The notes: a model not told the origin generated them from the letters alone. Positions 17,788-27,869 are shown, numbered from the stretch's first letter. The stretch: DNA of 64,000 nt from an uncultured virus (IMG/VR IMGVR_UViG_3300049846_001141) (IMGVR_UViG_3300049846_001141); one strand, 5' to 3'. Translations and numbers: made by a program.

Positions 17788-18534
17788 TCAGGACTTCGAC
17801 AGGTCGAAGGTGGGGGCGGCGCTGGGGCGGAAGGCGATTTCCACGCTCTGGCCGTCGTCCGGGTTCACGGTCAGGCTGGCCGAGGTCAGAATCACAGGCA
17901 CCGTGATGCTGCGGCTGGTGGTGTCGTTCACCGAGCCAGAAGCAACAATGCGGTCGATGTAGAGCTTCATCGTCGCGCCAGCCTGGGTTGCCTGGATGAC
18001 GTCCTCGATCATCCGGCTGGACAGGTTGGTGTCGTCGTCGGTGGTGTACACCGTGGCAGAACCAGAGCCGTCGGCGAAGCCAGTGATATAGCTGCGGAAG
18101 GGGGCGTACTGACCGGCTTCCTGACCGATGGTTGTGACGTCAATTTCGCTTCGTGTGATTTCGAAGCTCCACTCGCGCACAGAGCCCACAGCTGCGGGGG
18201 CGGTGTACGCAATGCTGGCGAAGTTTGCGCCAAAGCCGCTGGGTGCTGCAGTTGCGGTAACGGCCACGCCGCCAGCGGTGGCGCTAAGAGTCATGATGCC
18301 GGTTGCGGCGTTGTACGTCTTGACGAAGTACGGACCAGCGGGAATTGCGTTGGTGGTCGTGGCGCCTACGGGGTAGGTCAGGGTCACAGGGTCATTGACC
18401 TTGAAGCCCAAGTAGGAGCCGACGGTGATGTTGGCGCCAGTAGAAGGGAAGGCGCCAGCAGTCAGAGTGGTGACGGAGGTGCCGGCAGGGGTGTAATACA
18501 GGGCGCCGGAAGTGCCCGAGAGAACGGTGGCCAT
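17788..18534 (-). CDS. Major tail (tube) protein
   Basis: VREWSFEITRSEIDVT motif; position; own terminator. Confidence 0.85.
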   Translation of the reverse strand: MATVLSGTSGALYYTPAGTSVTTLTAGAFPSTGANITVGSYLGFKVNDPVTLTYPVGATTTNAIPAGPYFVKTYNAATGIMTLSATAGGVAVTATAAPSGFGANFASIAYTAPAAVGSVREWSFEITRSEIDVTTIGQEAGQYAPFRSYITGFADGSGSATVYTTDDDTNLSSRMIEDVIQATQAGATMKLYIDRIVASGSVNDTTSRSITVPVILTSASLTVNPDDGQSVEIAFRPSAAPTFDLSKS

Positions 18535-18611
18535 TGGTTGTACCGAATGGATGGGACAGTGACGCGGGCACAGCCCGGCTTAATACAGGTTAGCTCCAGT
18601 GCAGTTGGGGA

Positions 18612-19079
18612 TTAAGAGATAACTTGTGCTTGGAATCCTGCCTCGATTCGTGAAATAAAGAAGGGTGTAAATGCGCGACGGGATTGTTGATCTGGAGTAG
18701 TGCCACCGAAGTCAGGGCTGAAGGCCGGGCCGTCGATGGATCCAGTGCGGACGTAGACGCCGGACGCCGGTTTTGGTGTGGCGTTGATGGTCTGAAGGGC
18801 GGTGGTGGCGACGTTGATTAGCGTCTGGTTGCGGGCAGGACCACGGCCTTTTGGGGTGTACGTGCGAATAACAATCACGCCGCGCACCATGTCCAAACTT
18901 GTCGTCAGCGTACTTTCGGTTGTAAGGCCGAATTGGATATTGATGTCGACGAATTCTTCGGCGCTGTCGGCACCATCGTTCATTACGTTGTCAAAGTAGA
19001 CCGGGACTGCTGGTGACAGGCTGTTATACGCCGTCAAAAGCGGAGTCTCGAATACGGCGCGGATGGCTTGGTAGTTCAT
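18612..19079 (-). CDS. Tail terminator/completion protein
   Basis: Synteny; conserved in B. Confidence 0.65.
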   Translation of the reverse strand: MNYQAIRAVFETPLLTAYNSLSPAVPVYFDNVMNDGADSAEEFVDINIQFGLTTESTLTTSLDMVRGVIVIRTYTPKGRGPARNQTLINVATTALQTINATPKPASGVYVRTGSIDGPAFSPDFGGTTPDQQSRRAFTPFFISRIEAGFQAQVIS

Positions 19080-19600
19080 CGTGTCTGCATGGCAACTTGG
19101 ATTGCCTTATCAATAGCACCGGCTTTCAGATAAATACTGAACCAGTCCAATGGGGCGGTTCTGCGGTTACCGCCTTGTCCGGTCAGTAGACCACGGATAC
19201 CTTTTTGACGTTTGCCGGTTTTGTCGACAGGTTTGATTGGATCTGTTCCTGGATTGATGAACGTGCCAGGCTCCATGTCAGTGGCAACTCCTGCATAGGA
19301 AGCAAAGTTGCTGATGGTGAATACAACTTTGTTTTTTGTCAGTAAAGATCGCGTTACTTGTTGGCCAGTAAGCACTGGGACAGTGATTGGGACAGGGCGG
19401 CCGGCTGCTCCAGTGCCTCCTTTGATGCCTGTAGGGGATGCGATTTGCCAAGAATTTGAGAATTGGCCCGTCCAAGCGGGGCCACGTTCTTGTAAATCAC
19501 GCACAATTTTTTCGGCGGCACGCTTCGGGCCGTTATAAACCGTTGTCGCAGCAACGCGATCCAATTCTTTGGCTAAGTTCCAGAGTCCATTGCGGGCCAT
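19076..19600 (-). CDS. Neck / tail-completion protein (HK97 gp10-like)
   Basis: P.WTG.F.NSW and I.N.A.Y motifs; synteny. Confidence 0.65.
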   Translation of the reverse strand: MARNGLWNLAKELDRVAATTVYNGPKRAAEKIVRDLQERGPAWTGQFSNSWQIASPTGIKGGTGAAGRPVPITVPVLTGQQVTRSLLTKNKVVFTISNFASYAGVATDMEPGTFINPGTDPIKPVDKTGKRQKGIRGLLTGQGGNRRTAPLDWFSIYLKAGAIDKAIQVAMQTR

Positions 19601-19977
19601 TATTGGGGCCTCAATAGGATCGTGTGGACAACTGGATTTTCGCCGCGGGATGTTTTGCAGCTGATGATGCGGCCCGTGCGGGTTTTGCTGTTTTCGCTGT
19701 ACTGGATGCGGTCGCGGATGCTTGGTGAATACGCTCCAAGTTCGGCGTTGCCGATGATGACCTTTAGGTCATTGGTCTGATAAAACGATTCGAATTCTTC
19801 TGGGCGGGCTTGGAAAATTAGGGCGCGAACCGTAAGGCTGGTGTCGGCTCCAGAAACTTCACCCGTTGTGGTGTTATAGGTCGGGGCGGTGTTGGCCTTG
19901 AGGTAGGTCACGTTTTGGCCCCAGTCAGCTAAAAGCTGGGCAGGGATTGCGGCGAATGTGGAGTCGACGAGGCTCAT
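19600..19977 (-). CDS. Head closure / head-tail joining protein
   Basis: Synteny; conserved in B. Confidence 0.6.
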   Translation of the reverse strand: MSLVDSTFAAIPAQLLADWGQNVTYLKANTAPTYNTTTGEVSGADTSLTVRALIFQARPEEFESFYQTNDLKVIIGNAELGAYSPSIRDRIQYSENSKTRTGRIISCKTSRGENPVVHTILLRPQ

Positions 19978-19979
19978 AA

Positions 19980-20510
19980 TTAACCCCTAAAGACGCGCAG
20001 TTGGTAACCGCCCGAGCCGCCTGCGCAGTAGGCGCCAAGGTAGGACTGGAGCCAGGGGTAGACGTCGAAGATGTTGTTGATGGGATTGTCAACCTTGTCG
20101 TCCTTGTAGCGGACTTTGAGATCGCCCAATGTGACCTCTTGGTACAGCTCGTTGGGGTCGCTTTCGGTGTTGGTGATTGCGTCGGTGTCGTTGGCGAGAG
20201 CCCGGGCTAGTTCATACGTTGCGTACTTAATGTCGTTCGGGATAACGCTGCAGCTCAGCGAGATATTGTCGACGTCGTAGTTGGTGCGCGGCCATTTCAA
20301 TGCTTGGCCGGCGTCGCAGCGGTCGCCGTAGAAATTCAGCGTGTCGATCCAGCGCGTTGCGGAGATCAGGGCGCGGTTTTTCTGGTCGGTGGTTTTGTCG
20401 ATCCAGGTGGCTGAATTGGGGACGGTTTCGAAATATGCGTCCGCGTCGGCAAGCGTTACGTAGCTGTTGGCCGACGCGCTACTCAAAGTGGCGTTGATCG
20501 TCGCGGGCAC
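19980..20510 (-). CDS. Head-tail adaptor protein
   Basis: ANSYVTLA.AD.YF...AL..ATR.ID...Q.L.WPR motif; follows the capsid gene. Confidence 0.75.
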   Translation of the reverse strand: MPATINATLSSASANSYVTLADADAYFETVPNSATWIDKTTDQKNRALISATRWIDTLNFYGDRCDAGQALKWPRTNYDVDNISLSCSVIPNDIKYATYELARALANDTDAITNTESDPNELYQEVTLGDLKVRYKDDKVDNPINNIFDVYPWLQSYLGAYCAGGSGGYQLRVFRG

Positions 20511-20548
20511 AGCTACTTAGTCCACCTTTGTTTCAGTGTAGCGCCAAC

Positions 20549-20572
20549 AAAAAAGCCCCACCGAAGTGGGGC
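20549..20572 (-). terminator. Rho-independent terminator after the capsid gene
   Basis: GCCCCAC-TTCG-GTGGGGC plus T6. Confidence 0.85.
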
Positions 20573-20595
20573 CTGGTGTACACGCACTCTGATTA

Positions 20596-21675
20596 TCAGA
20601 TGGTGCTGGTGTCGAGGGGGCTGTTGACTGTGACTTGAACCAGGGGGATCAGGTCGATGTCGTAGGTGGCTTGCCAGTTGCCGGAGGTGGCGAGGCCGCC
20701 GTTGGTCGGGTTGTCGGAGCCCGAGTTCCACTTGGTGCCCATCACGTGGTAGGCAGAGTGGTAGTCGACCGAGAGCACGTCCTGCTTGGACAGGATGTTG
20801 CGGTCGGCTTCGATGCGCAGGTCCTGCTGGTTGCCTTCCAGAATCGTGCCCGACTTGGTGAGGTAGCAGTAGAACTCGCGCTGGTGGCCGGCCGTGCCAG
20901 GGGCAACGGTGTTGACCAGGGGGTCCATGATCACGCGGCAGCCAGCGAATTCGCCGATTGCACGGGCACCAATGCCCACGCCGCCAGCGCCCCACACCAC
21001 GGCGCCGGAGGCGGCCAGGGCAGAGGTGGAGAAGGTCAGCAGGCCTACCTGGTACAGGTAGAAGCCCACGGTGGGGTGCACCACCAGGGTGTCCAGTTCG
21101 TCGCCGCGCTCACCCAGCAGGTTGCGGGCGCGGGCCACAGCGGCGCCAGTCAGGAAGTTGGCTTCGCCAGCGCCAGAGGCGGCGGCCACGCCGAGGTCCA
21201 GGCTGTTAGCCGACAGGGCAGAACCACACAGACCAGCCAGTTGGCTGAACAGACGCTGGCTGTTCAGTTTGTTGATGGCGTCGGCAAGCTGGTTGCGGAT
21301 GTGAAGCATGGGGTCTTCACCGGCCGCAAGCATCGCGACGTCGTCCACTGCATACGCGAAACCGCGGTGGCAGATGGTGGCAACCTGGGTGGCGGTGCCG
21401 ATCTTCTGAGGAGTCAGATAGCCGGCGGTGCTGGTGCCCCAGGTCGCGGTGCCGTCCATGATCTCCTCAGTGGGAGCCACGGGATTGAACTCGGGAACCT
21501 GGATGCGGGTGCCGCCTTCGCGGGCATCCAGCAGAGGGTTGCGAACAACAGCGCCGCTCTTTAGGAACAGGCTGCGGTCCTTGATTGCCTCAGACACATA
21601 GGTGCTGAGGTTATTGCGCTTGACGACGTCCGCGAGAAGGACGCCGCCGGAATAGTTCTGAAATGGTGCGGCCAT
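20596..21675 (-). CDS. Major capsid protein
   Basis: 359 aa after the scaffold; strongly biased codons; about 22 substitutions vs the B copy by my count. Confidence 0.85.
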   Translation of the reverse strand: MAAPFQNYSGGVLLADVVKRNNLSTYVSEAIKDRSLFLKSGAVVRNPLLDAREGGTRIQVPEFNPVAPTEEIMDGTATWGTSTAGYLTPQKIGTATQVATICHRGFAYAVDDVAMLAAGEDPMLHIRNQLADAINKLNSQRLFSQLAGLCGSALSANSLDLGVAAASGAGEANFLTGAAVARARNLLGERGDELDTLVVHPTVGFYLYQVGLLTFSTSALAASGAVVWGAGGVGIGARAIGEFAGCRVIMDPLVNTVAPGTAGHQREFYCYLTKSGTILEGNQQDLRIEADRNILSKQDVLSVDYHSAYHVMGTKWNSGSDNPTNGGLATSGNWQATYDIDLIPLVQVTVNSPLDTSTI

Positions 21676-21745
21676 TTCTTAGTACCAGGGGATGGGGTTT
21701 TGCGGGTCCAAGTCACAGACTTGGCAAGCACCACGGGTGCAAAAA

Positions 21746-22468
21746 TTAGAGTCCTGCTTCCCTCTTCAGCACAGCTGCGAGGTCAGGGTCCTGACTAGAA
21801 ATTAGCATCTGTTGTGTGAGGTTGATTGAACCTTCTTTCCAGGGGTTTGATACACCTGAAGAAACAACAGATGTGGGATTCGGTTTCGCTCCCATCCCAG
21901 CTGCAGAGCTGGGTTTGAAGTGATGTTCGTATCCCGAGCCAGGGGCTTTTAGGTTGGCGATGTAAGTCGCCAGGTCTTGCTCCACGCCGCCATTGAGGAT
22001 GACGACATTGCCGGACTCGTTTTTACGGAGGCTACTTTGAAGTAGCTGGAGCATTTGCTCGGCGTTGATTGCACCAGCCTGGCTGATGGCAGCCATTGCC
22101 TTGGTGCGTACTGCAGCGTTCTCGTTGCTTTGGCGGAGATCCTCAAGTTGGCGCTTGAGGTCGGCAATTTCTTGGTCTTTTTCTTGGCCGGTTCGGTTGG
22201 CCTCTTCCCAGAGGTCTTTCCATTGGCCTTGGTCTTCCAGCGTTTTCTTGCGCTGGTCGTCCTGGCGTTTGTAGACCTCGTCGAGTTTGGCCTTGATGCC
22301 TTGGAAACGTTCCTCGGCTTCGGTGGCTTGCGCCTTCAAAGCGTTGATTTGCGCTTCGTACTCGTTGCGTAACGAGGCAGAAGTGTCAATCGGGGGAGCG
22401 GTGTCGACTCCAGCCACGGGCTGGTCAGGAGTCACCACGGGTGTCTCCTGGATGACTTGCTCGTCCAT
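21746..22468 (-). CDS. Capsid scaffolding protein
   Basis: Coiled coil with C-terminal NPW...NLT.Q motif; upstream of the capsid gene. Confidence 0.8.
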   Translation of the reverse strand: MDEQVIQETPVVTPDQPVAGVDTAPPIDTSASLRNEYEAQINALKAQATEAEERFQGIKAKLDEVYKRQDDQRKKTLEDQGQWKDLWEEANRTGQEKDQEIADLKRQLEDLRQSNENAAVRTKAMAAISQAGAINAEQMLQLLQSSLRKNESGNVVILNGGVEQDLATYIANLKAPGSGYEHHFKPSSAAGMGAKPNPTSVVSSGVSNPWKEGSINLTQQMLISSQDPDLAAVLKREAGL

Positions 22469-22470
22469 AC

Positions 22471-22647
22471 TCAGAATTCAGTGTCAGTGGGGGTTTCGTC
22501 GGTTTTGGTGCGGCGGGTCTTGCGCACCAAGGGCTCGGGTTCGGGAGCGGGTTTGTCCTTTTCGTACAAGTTCTCGGCCCGCAACTCCACAAGTTGCCAC
22601 TTGTAGGTGCCGTCGGGCTGCAGAACTTTGTCTAGCGATTCGGCCAT
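22471..22647 (-). CDS. Small hypothetical protein (MAESLDKVLQPDG...)
   Basis: Read from the sequence; homologue at 63662-63856. Confidence 0.7.
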   Translation of the reverse strand: MAESLDKVLQPDGTYKWQLVELRAENLYEKDKPAPEPEPLVRKTRRTKTDETPTDTEF

Positions 22648-22691
22648 GACAAAGGGTTTTGTGACTCTTGTAGTATAGGAGTACGGGCTGT

Positions 22692-22937
22692 TTAGGTCGC
22701 TATAAAGTCGCCGGCCTCAGTAAGGAGTGGTTCGGAGGTTTCTGTAAGCAACAGAACTGCCCGCTCCAGTAGCAATAGATATGCGTCCTCTGTTAAGAGC
22801 GAGAAACCGTCTTCTAGTAGCAAGTGGTAATCAGTTATTTCGGGCAGGATTTCGGTACTGTCGATGAAAATTTGAGTGACTTCGGTACTGCCTAAGTACA
22901 GGGATTGGACTTCTTCGTTGCCGAGCCGGAAGGCCAT
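22692..22937 (-). CDS. Acidic LL.E-repeat structural protein
   Basis: LLLEDG/LLTED/LLTET/LLTEA repeats. Confidence 0.6.
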   Translation of the reverse strand: MAFRLGNEEVQSLYLGSTEVTQIFIDSTEILPEITDYHLLLEDGFSLLTEDAYLLLLERAVLLLTETSEPLLTEAGDFIAT

Positions 22938-23656
22938 TAGACGATGACGTACAGCGTCGTAGCGCTTTTGGTTGGTAGGGCGTCGTAGTCGGCTTGGCTG
23001 ATCTTGATGATGTTTGTGATTGCTGTTGCTCCAGTGATGCCGGTGGTGTTGGAGGTCAGGACGTTGGCCCAGCCGGTGTCGTAGCTGGTGTCGGTGGTTT
23101 TGACGAGCGCTTGGCCAGTGGTGCCGCCGCTGGCAATGCCGATTCCGGGGCGGCCGTTCAAGCCGTCTGCGCCGTCCTTACCCTTTTTGCCCGGTGGGCC
23201 GACCAGGCTTTCCAGCCATTCAGATTCGGTGCCGTCGAAGCCGTCGGAAACCGCAAGTTCGTAGGCGCTTGCTCCAGTGGGGCCGTTTAGGCCGTTGATG
23301 CCAGGGCGGCCTTCGGGGCCGGGTGCGCCAGCGTCGCCTTTGTCGCCTTTTGGGCCTTGAGGGCCGGCGGGGCCGATCTCGCCGCGTTCACCCTTAGGGC
23401 CGATTTCGCCGCGGTCGCCTTTCTCTCCACGTTCACCGCGGGGGCCGACGTCGCCCTGTGGGCCTTGCGGGCCTTGCGCTCCAGTGGGACCGCGGGGGCC
23501 GGGGTCGCCTTTGGGGCCTTGTAGGCCGTCCGCTCCAGCAGGGCCTGGCTCGCCGGGTGCTGGTGGGCCTTGGGACTCGATGGCCTCAAGGCGTTTGGCC
23601 AAGCGCAGCAGTGTCGCTACCTGCGCCAGCGTGAGGTAGTCGGCTGCAGTTGGCAT
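22937..23656 (-). CDS. Collagen-like (Gly-X-Y) protein, putative head fibre
   Basis: Long GXY run; SAYE.A...GF.GTE.EWL.SL motif. Confidence 0.85.
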   Translation of the reverse strand: MPTAADYLTLAQVATLLRLAKRLEAIESQGPPAPGEPGPAGADGLQGPKGDPGPRGPTGAQGPQGPQGDVGPRGERGEKGDRGEIGPKGERGEIGPAGPQGPKGDKGDAGAPGPEGRPGINGLNGPTGASAYELAVSDGFDGTESEWLESLVGPPGKKGKDGADGLNGRPGIGIASGGTTGQALVKTTDTSYDTGWANVLTSNTTGITGATAITNIIKISQADYDALPTKSATTLYVIV

Positions 23657-23660
23657 CGAC

Positions 23661-25220
23661 TTACTGCCCCAGCAGTGCTTGCATCAGTTGTTCCATCCGG
23701 TCTGGGGTGAGATCGGATTCGTTCTCGTCCTGCATTTCGCCGGGGGATTCTTCACCTTCGGGTTCGTCATCCTGGGATTCCATTTCGCCGGGCTCCTCCT
23801 CGGGAAGGGCGCCAAGTTCCATCGAGGGGAGGATTTCGCCTTGGGTCAAAATGGCGCGGACCTCTTCCAGCGTGATGACGCCCTTGTCGAAGAGGGCCGT
23901 GATTGCCGTGACGTCTTGGCCGATCAGGCGGTCAATGTCGAAGTCGCGGCTGATGCTCACCTCAGGCGGTTCCAGGCCGAGGTAGGCCGCGGCGTAGTCG
24001 AACGCTTTTTGGAGGGTTTGTTCCAGGTCGAGGCTGACGGCAGCCAGCATTGAGTTGGTGTCGACGCGGTCCAGGCGGCGGGCGTCGGCAGATTCCGCCA
24101 CGAACTTCTGCTGGCTCAGCGTGCTAATGCCGAGCGTTGCCATTTGCTGCTGTAGTTCGCGGATTTCGTTGCTCTGTGCTTCAAATGCACTAGCCGCAGG
24201 CTCCACGTAGTAGACCTTGTTGCCTGGGGCGGTGGCCATCGCGTAGTTCACGCTTACCGCCATGTCCTTGGTCTGGTCGTCCCAGCCCTCAAGGACAAGC
24301 ATCGGCTGGGATGCGATGTGGAGGCTGTGGATGAGGTCCGCTTGGCGTTGGAAGTGCGCCAGGTTTAGGTAGGCGACGTCCAGGAGTGGGGGGCGGCTGA
24401 CGAGGGTGTCGACTTTGTTGCTGTAAGTAGTAACCAGCGGGATTTGGTTGAGGCTGTAGGTGCCCGAGTCGATGAGTTCGTAGTCGGTGCTGTTGTTAAG
24501 GGGTTCAGCGAAGCCGTGGCCCAGTGGCTTTTGTTCGTTGCGTTGGCGGTAGATTTCATAGCGGCCCGGGTAGATAACGCGGATTTGGTCGTAAACCTTT
24601 TCGCCGAATTTGCCGTCCGGGACAATCGCTTGCTCGTGGATACGCACCTGGGTCAAGGTGCCGTATGCGGCTTCGCGGTCTAGGCGCCAGCCGTAGACGT
24701 CGTAAGGGTCGACTTCGACCCAGTAGGGGCGGCGGCCTAGGGCGCGTTCTTCCGCGAGGCTGCGGATTTCGGTGGGGGCCGGGAAGTCGATTAGTACATT
24801 CGCGTGCCCGTAAGTCAGGCTGCAAATCACCAGCCGGCGGGCAAATTCGTCTAGATCAGAGCCGCAGCCGTCAACGTCGCGGGCGAAGACTTCGCGCCAG
24901 TACGGGTCGCCCTCAAGCGCAATCGGCTTGCGCATGATCAGTCCGGCAGCGGCGCGGACCAAGCGCTGCGTGTAGGGAGAAAAGACGGCGCGGTTGACGC
25001 GGCTTAGGTATGCCGTGTAATCCTCGCGGGGTTCCAAGGGGAGGAAGGCTTCGCTGTTTTCACGCAGATATTCCGTGCCGCGGCTGACCGCTTTCATAAT
25101 CTCCCAGCCCTTCATCATGTTCAGGACCGCTGCCGTGCGGTTGAACGGGCTGTCCGTTCCACCCTGGTAGGTGGTGGAGACGATGTTGGTTGGGTAGCGG
25201 CCCGGGACTGCGTAGGTCAT
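23661..25220 (-). CDS. Portal protein
   Basis: 519 aa; YLP.EP.E....Y..R..RA.F and PPLLD.A.LN.AH motifs; synteny. Confidence 0.85.
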   Translation of the reverse strand: MTYAVPGRYPTNIVSTTYQGGTDSPFNRTAAVLNMMKGWEIMKAVSRGTEYLRENSEAFLPLEPREDYTAYLSRVNRAVFSPYTQRLVRAAAGLIMRKPIALEGDPYWREVFARDVDGCGSDLDEFARRLVICSLTYGHANVLIDFPAPTEIRSLAEERALGRRPYWVEVDPYDVYGWRLDREAAYGTLTQVRIHEQAIVPDGKFGEKVYDQIRVIYPGRYEIYRQRNEQKPLGHGFAEPLNNSTDYELIDSGTYSLNQIPLVTTYSNKVDTLVSRPPLLDVAYLNLAHFQRQADLIHSLHIASQPMLVLEGWDDQTKDMAVSVNYAMATAPGNKVYYVEPAASAFEAQSNEIRELQQQMATLGISTLSQQKFVAESADARRLDRVDTNSMLAAVSLDLEQTLQKAFDYAAAYLGLEPPEVSISRDFDIDRLIGQDVTAITALFDKGVITLEEVRAILTQGEILPSMELGALPEEEPGEMESQDDEPEGEESPGEMQDENESDLTPDRMEQLMQALLGQ

Positions 25221-25224
25221 TTAG

Positions 25225-25497
25225 TCACCATTTTTCGCGGTTGGCCCAGTAGGCAGCCGACATCTTTCCTTTTTTAATGTTAGCCGCATGGCGTGCTTTA
25301 AATGCTTCGCGCCGTTTGCGGTCGGCGTCGCTTTCACCAGCTTTCTTTGGTGAACCAGATACGCCCTGTTGGCCGAAGCGGATTAGTTTTACTTCGGTGC
25401 CTTCTTTTGCGAGGACTGCGTGTGATTTAGTGGGGTGATTTGGGGTGCGTTTTGGTTTGTTATAGCCCTCGAAACGCTCGCCACGGTACTCAATCAT
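25225..25497 (-). CDS. Basic hypothetical protein
   Basis: K.IRFGQQG...F.ARH...SAAYWA motif common in phages. Confidence 0.75.
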   Translation of the reverse strand: MIEYRGERFEGYNKPKRTPNHPTKSHAVLAKEGTEVKLIRFGQQGVSGSPKKAGESDADRKRREAFKARHAANIKKGKMSAAYWANREKW

Positions 25498-25687
25498 CGT
25501 CTTCCTCCTCGTCGTCGGGGTCGGTGATAGGTACCAGCACTTCGATACCTTGGGTCAACATAGTTACAAAGCCGCCGATAATCTCAGGGTTTTGTGGGGT
25601 CTTAAATACGAAGGTGGCGTGCGTTAAACCGTCCTCGGCGTCGATTTCGATGTGAACGCAACCACCATTTATTGTCTGGATAGCCAT
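25490..25687 (-). CDS. Hypothetical protein
   Basis: Coupled ORF with acidic tail. Confidence 0.6.
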   Translation of the reverse strand: MAIQTINGGCVHIEIDAEDGLTHATFVFKTPQNPEIIGGFVTMLTQGIEVLVPITDPDDEEEDDD

Positions 25688-26040
25688 TAGATTGCCCCTA
25701 CCTTACAGGCAATAGTTGGGCCATCTGGCATAGAAACAACGTGGGCACGAACATAGCGGCAAGGACTACTTGTTGCGAAATACATGACAGTTGTATTTTC
25801 GTTAATTACTAAGTTGCCAGCATGTTTAGTGGTAACTGTAATGTGTCCCCAATTTGTGCCATCAAGGCTACCATCAAAGTCGAAGTTGATGTTGCCGCTG
25901 GTGTGATTGGTTACAGTTATTTGAAATGACCAGTAATTGGCTGTTGCGTCGATAGCAGTGAAGAATCCGGCACTTGTTCGCGTGCCAGCGTCGTAGATGG
26001 TTAGTTCGCCGTCGTAAATGGTGCCAGTTCCGGTAGCCAT
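25687..26040 (-). CDS. Hypothetical beta-rich structural protein
   Basis: GSLDGTNW...RYVR motif. Confidence 0.65.
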   Translation of the reverse strand: MATGTGTIYDGELTIYDAGTRTSAGFFTAIDATANYWSFQITVTNHTSGNINFDFDGSLDGTNWGHITVTTKHAGNLVINENTTVMYFATSSPCRYVRAHVVSMPDGPTIACKVGAI

Positions 26041-26058
26041 GGGTCTTTTTTGAGGGGT

Positions 26059-26226
26059 TTACTTGCGACCTTTAGGTCGCTTGGCGGTTTTGGCCGCTTT
26101 GCGGAAGTCAGCGGCGGTTGGGGCGCCTTTGCTGCCCGGTTTGCGCATCTTTTCGCCCGAGCCAGCCTCAATGCGCTTGCGTTTGGCCGCGATATTTGCG
26201 TATAAACCCTTTTTCTTGGGTGCCAT
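26059..26226 (-). CDS. Small basic protein (MAPKKKGLYANIAAKRKRI...)
   Basis: Read from the sequence; recognisable phage family motif. Confidence 0.75.
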   Translation of the reverse strand: MAPKKKGLYANIAAKRKRIEAGSGEKMRKPGSKGAPTAADFRKAAKTAKRPKGRK

Positions 26227-26228
26227 TG

Positions 26229-26408
26229 TTATTTCTTTCCTTTTTTGGTGGTTTTGGGGCGGGATTTGCCCGCTTCGCTTAGTGCAATCGCGATTGCTTG
26301 CTTACGGCTGGTTACTTTTTTGCCTGAGCTGGACTTAAGCGTTCCAGCGCCGTATTCGCGCATGACCTTGGAGACCTTTTTCTCCGCTTTTGTGGGTTTT
26401 TTGGCCAT
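26229..26408 (-). CDS. Small basic protein (DUF6496-like)
   Basis: KVMREY..GTLKS..GKKVTSRKQAIAIALSEA. Confidence 0.75.
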   Translation of the reverse strand: MAKKPTKAEKKVSKVMREYGAGTLKSSSGKKVTSRKQAIAIALSEAGKSRPKTTKKGKK

Positions 26409-26441
26409 GGTGTTGCGGTATTTGTACCAGTCTATGAGGGG

Positions 26442-27692
26442 TTAGTAGAGGCGGTAGTTGGTTTGGCCTAGGGTGCCGATGTTGGCGAGGTTGAATTGTT
26501 GGAGGCATAAGTAGCCGAAGGCGTCGAAAGCGTGGTCTACGCCTAGGTTTTTGTTGGGGAGGCCCGTTCCAGGGGCATAGGTCAAGGTGCGGAGGGATTT
26601 GATTAACTCCTTGCAGCGGGGGTGGATTACGGTGCGGCGTGTTCCAGCAGCATCCAAAAGGGCGGTGTTGACGGCGGTGATCTTGTCGCGGATTTTCCAA
26701 GGGGCTTTTGGGCTGGAGACGCTAAAACCGCTGCGGCGCAAGATGTTGTGGTCCGTGAGGCCCACGCCGCTGGTCTTTCGCGCTCCACCCGTGGGGTCTG
26801 GGCAGGCGATGACGCGGCGATCCACGCCGAAGCGGCGCGTTACCTCCTCCGCGAAGTCCCAGGTGGTGGCGCCACCAGTGAGCATGATTTCGTCGAATAC
26901 ATACAGCGTGTCGTCCTTGCGGACGGCGCAGATGCCAGACATGGGGTCCACGTTGAAGTCGACGCCAAGTAAAAGTGGGAGGACGGAAATGTCTTCGGCT
27001 TCGGGGCTGATGTTCTCGTCTCCAAAGGAGACTGCGACGAGACCGCTGAGGTTCTCGAAGCTGGCTTCGAATTCTTGGCGGAATGTGCGGGCGTCGAGTT
27101 GGCCGCGGGCGGCTTCAATTTCTTCCGGGGGGACGTTGTCGCCGTCAATCGTGGTGAATTGCCAGCGGCTCCAGTTGTCGTCGCCGCTGTCCGCGTATTG
27201 CCAGAGTTCGTAGAACCAGCTAGCTGTGCCATCCGGGGTGGAGATGAATAAGGCCCAGCCTTGTTTGTCGGCTAATGCGGGACGGATGACCTCGAACCAG
27301 ACGTCGGCGCTCATAAATGCGGCTTCGTCGAGTACCACGCCAGCGAGACTTCTGCCTCGCAGGGCCATAGCGTTTTCAGTGCCCTTCAGTTCGATTGTTG
27401 AGCCGTTCACTAGCTCCAGCTTCAGGTCCGTTTCGTTCTTGCTCTTTACCCAGGCTTTCGGGACTAGCTTTTTTAGGACTTTCCAGGCAATGTCCTTCGC
27501 CATCCGGTATGTAGGGGCCGCGTAAAAGAAGGTTTCGCCCGGCCGCTCTATCGCCCCACGCAATAATTCGATGCATGAGAGGTAGCTTTTTCCGAAGCGG
27601 CGGCCTGCTACCAGCACTCTGAAGCGTTTTCGACTGCCGAAGACTTGACCCTGGGCGTAACGGAGGGTGAGTGCTCCAGCAGATTCGGGCAT
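26442..27692 (-). CDS. terL: Terminase large subunit
   Basis: AGRRFGKS Walker A, LDEAAF Walker B, GVDFN and DHAFDA nuclease motifs. Confidence 0.95.
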   Translation of the reverse strand: MPESAGALTLRYAQGQVFGSRKRFRVLVAGRRFGKSYLSCIELLRGAIERPGETFFYAAPTYRMAKDIAWKVLKKLVPKAWVKSKNETDLKLELVNGSTIELKGTENAMALRGRSLAGVVLDEAAFMSADVWFEVIRPALADKQGWALFISTPDGTASWFYELWQYADSGDDNWSRWQFTTIDGDNVPPEEIEAARGQLDARTFRQEFEASFENLSGLVAVSFGDENISPEAEDISVLPLLLGVDFNVDPMSGICAVRKDDTLYVFDEIMLTGGATTWDFAEEVTRRFGVDRRVIACPDPTGGARKTSGVGLTDHNILRRSGFSVSSPKAPWKIRDKITAVNTALLDAAGTRRTVIHPRCKELIKSLRTLTYAPGTGLPNKNLGVDHAFDAFGYLCLQQFNLANIGTLGQTNYRLY

Positions 27693-27869
27693 TTGTAGTA
27701 GACGGGTACCTTCTAGGTTATTACAGGAATTCAACCCCTCCCCCCGGTGTGTAACAGAGGAAGGAAATGGAGTTATATCAGTAGGTTCCTAGGGACTGAC
27801 ACCGCACGCGCAGAATCCGCAACCCTCCCCCTGGGAGTGAGAACCGTTATCAGTCTCGGCCGCCTGGCG

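Noticed and set aside
20635..21564. Long antisense ORFs over capsid, tail, terminase and primase genes (also 17761-18615, 26587-27213, 33009-33965, 62081-62887)
   Set aside because: These are typical shadows of GC-biased codon usage, with no recognisable motifs.
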